Below are positions 63,745 through 64,000 of a stretch of DNA of 64,000 nucleotides, piece by piece. The notes below the pieces were generated by a model that saw only the letters and a program-made list of their open reading frames with translations, was not told the origin of the DNA and made no database searches. The position numbers and the translations under genes are program-made. This DNA comes from a virus (lineage: Duplodnaviria > Heunggongvirae > Uroviricota > Caudoviricetes). Location of the stretch: the IMG/VR virus record IMGVR_UViG_2903405734_000002, positions 64,001 to 128,000 of that record. One strand, 5' to 3'. Numbering within the stretch: position 1 is the first letter of the stretch; each line of letters opens with the position of its first letter.

Positions 63745-64000
63745 ATGAAATTCTCTAACGATCAAAACAGAATCATTCAGCATGATGGTGGTCATGCAAT
63801 CATCATGGCCTGCCCTGGCGCTGGCAAGACATCTACACTGGCTCAGCGCATTGTTTATCTTCTACGTAACGGTGCTGATCCACGCAGAATCACCGTTATG
63901 ATGTTTGGGAGTAGCGCCCAAAAGGATTTTGTTTCAAGGCTTAAAAAGGCTGCTGGTGACGAATTTGAGTCTCTGCCAGACATCAGAACATTTCACTCAT
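63745..64000 (+). CDS. UvrD/Rep/PcrA family helicase (5' part, runs off the window; not in the ORF track)
   Basis: My translation: MKFSNDQNRII...IMACPGAGKTSTL..RI..L...G.DP.RI...F...A..D...RL...RTFHS. Confidence 0.9.
   Translation, partial: MKFSNDQNRIIQHDGGHAIIMACPGAGKTSTLAQRIVYLLRNGADPRRITVMMFGSSAQKDFVSRLKKAAGDEFESLPDIRTFHS

Noticed and set aside
1-64000. tRNA, rRNA and IS/transposon features
   Set aside because: No cloverleaf with T-loop/CCA pattern, rRNA-like segment, transposase motif or terminal inverted repeat pair was recognised by eye. A tRNAscan-SE/ISEScan run would be needed to exclude them formally.

Overview
This 64-kb window is gene-dense and AT-rich. It is most consistent with the accessory region of a very large gammaproteobacterial extrachromosomal replicon, probably a conjugative megaplasmid; a jumbo phage is not excluded, but no virion or phage RNA polymerase genes are seen. 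It uses sigma70-type promoters and many bidirectional intrinsic terminators. Recognisable genes are: an L,D-transpeptidase, two orphan adenine methyltransferases, tdk, an HNH protein, nrtR, a nicotinamidase-vWA-PP2C-kinase (TerY-P-like) operon, nadD/pncB/glutamine-dependent nadE, YqeY, a metallophosphatase, a SLOG-Macro fusion, two ART-like proteins, CheW, an ArdC-like protein, MepK/YcbK, lpxC, a standalone 5'-3' exonuclease, a tyrosine recombinase, hns, two receiver-TPR proteins and the start of a UvrD helicase. Four structures are not explained by these annotations. (1) A non-coding array of 13 units of about 96 bp (46452-47695), each with a parS-like palindrome. (2) A shared basic C-terminal tail ending in [Pro/hydrophobic]-x-[I/L/M/R] on about 15 unrelated proteins, resembling a type IV secretion translocation signal. 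(3) An expanded two-family cassette: six ~210-aa hydrophobic-hairpin proteins plus three acidic ~106-aa partners. (4) A 21-bp operator found five times, linking nrtR, the nicotinamidase/TerY-P operon and nadD/pncB into one NAD regulon. Two small ORFs and a candidate sRNA missed by the ORF track are also reported. All family calls come from motif recognition by eye; no database searches were run.
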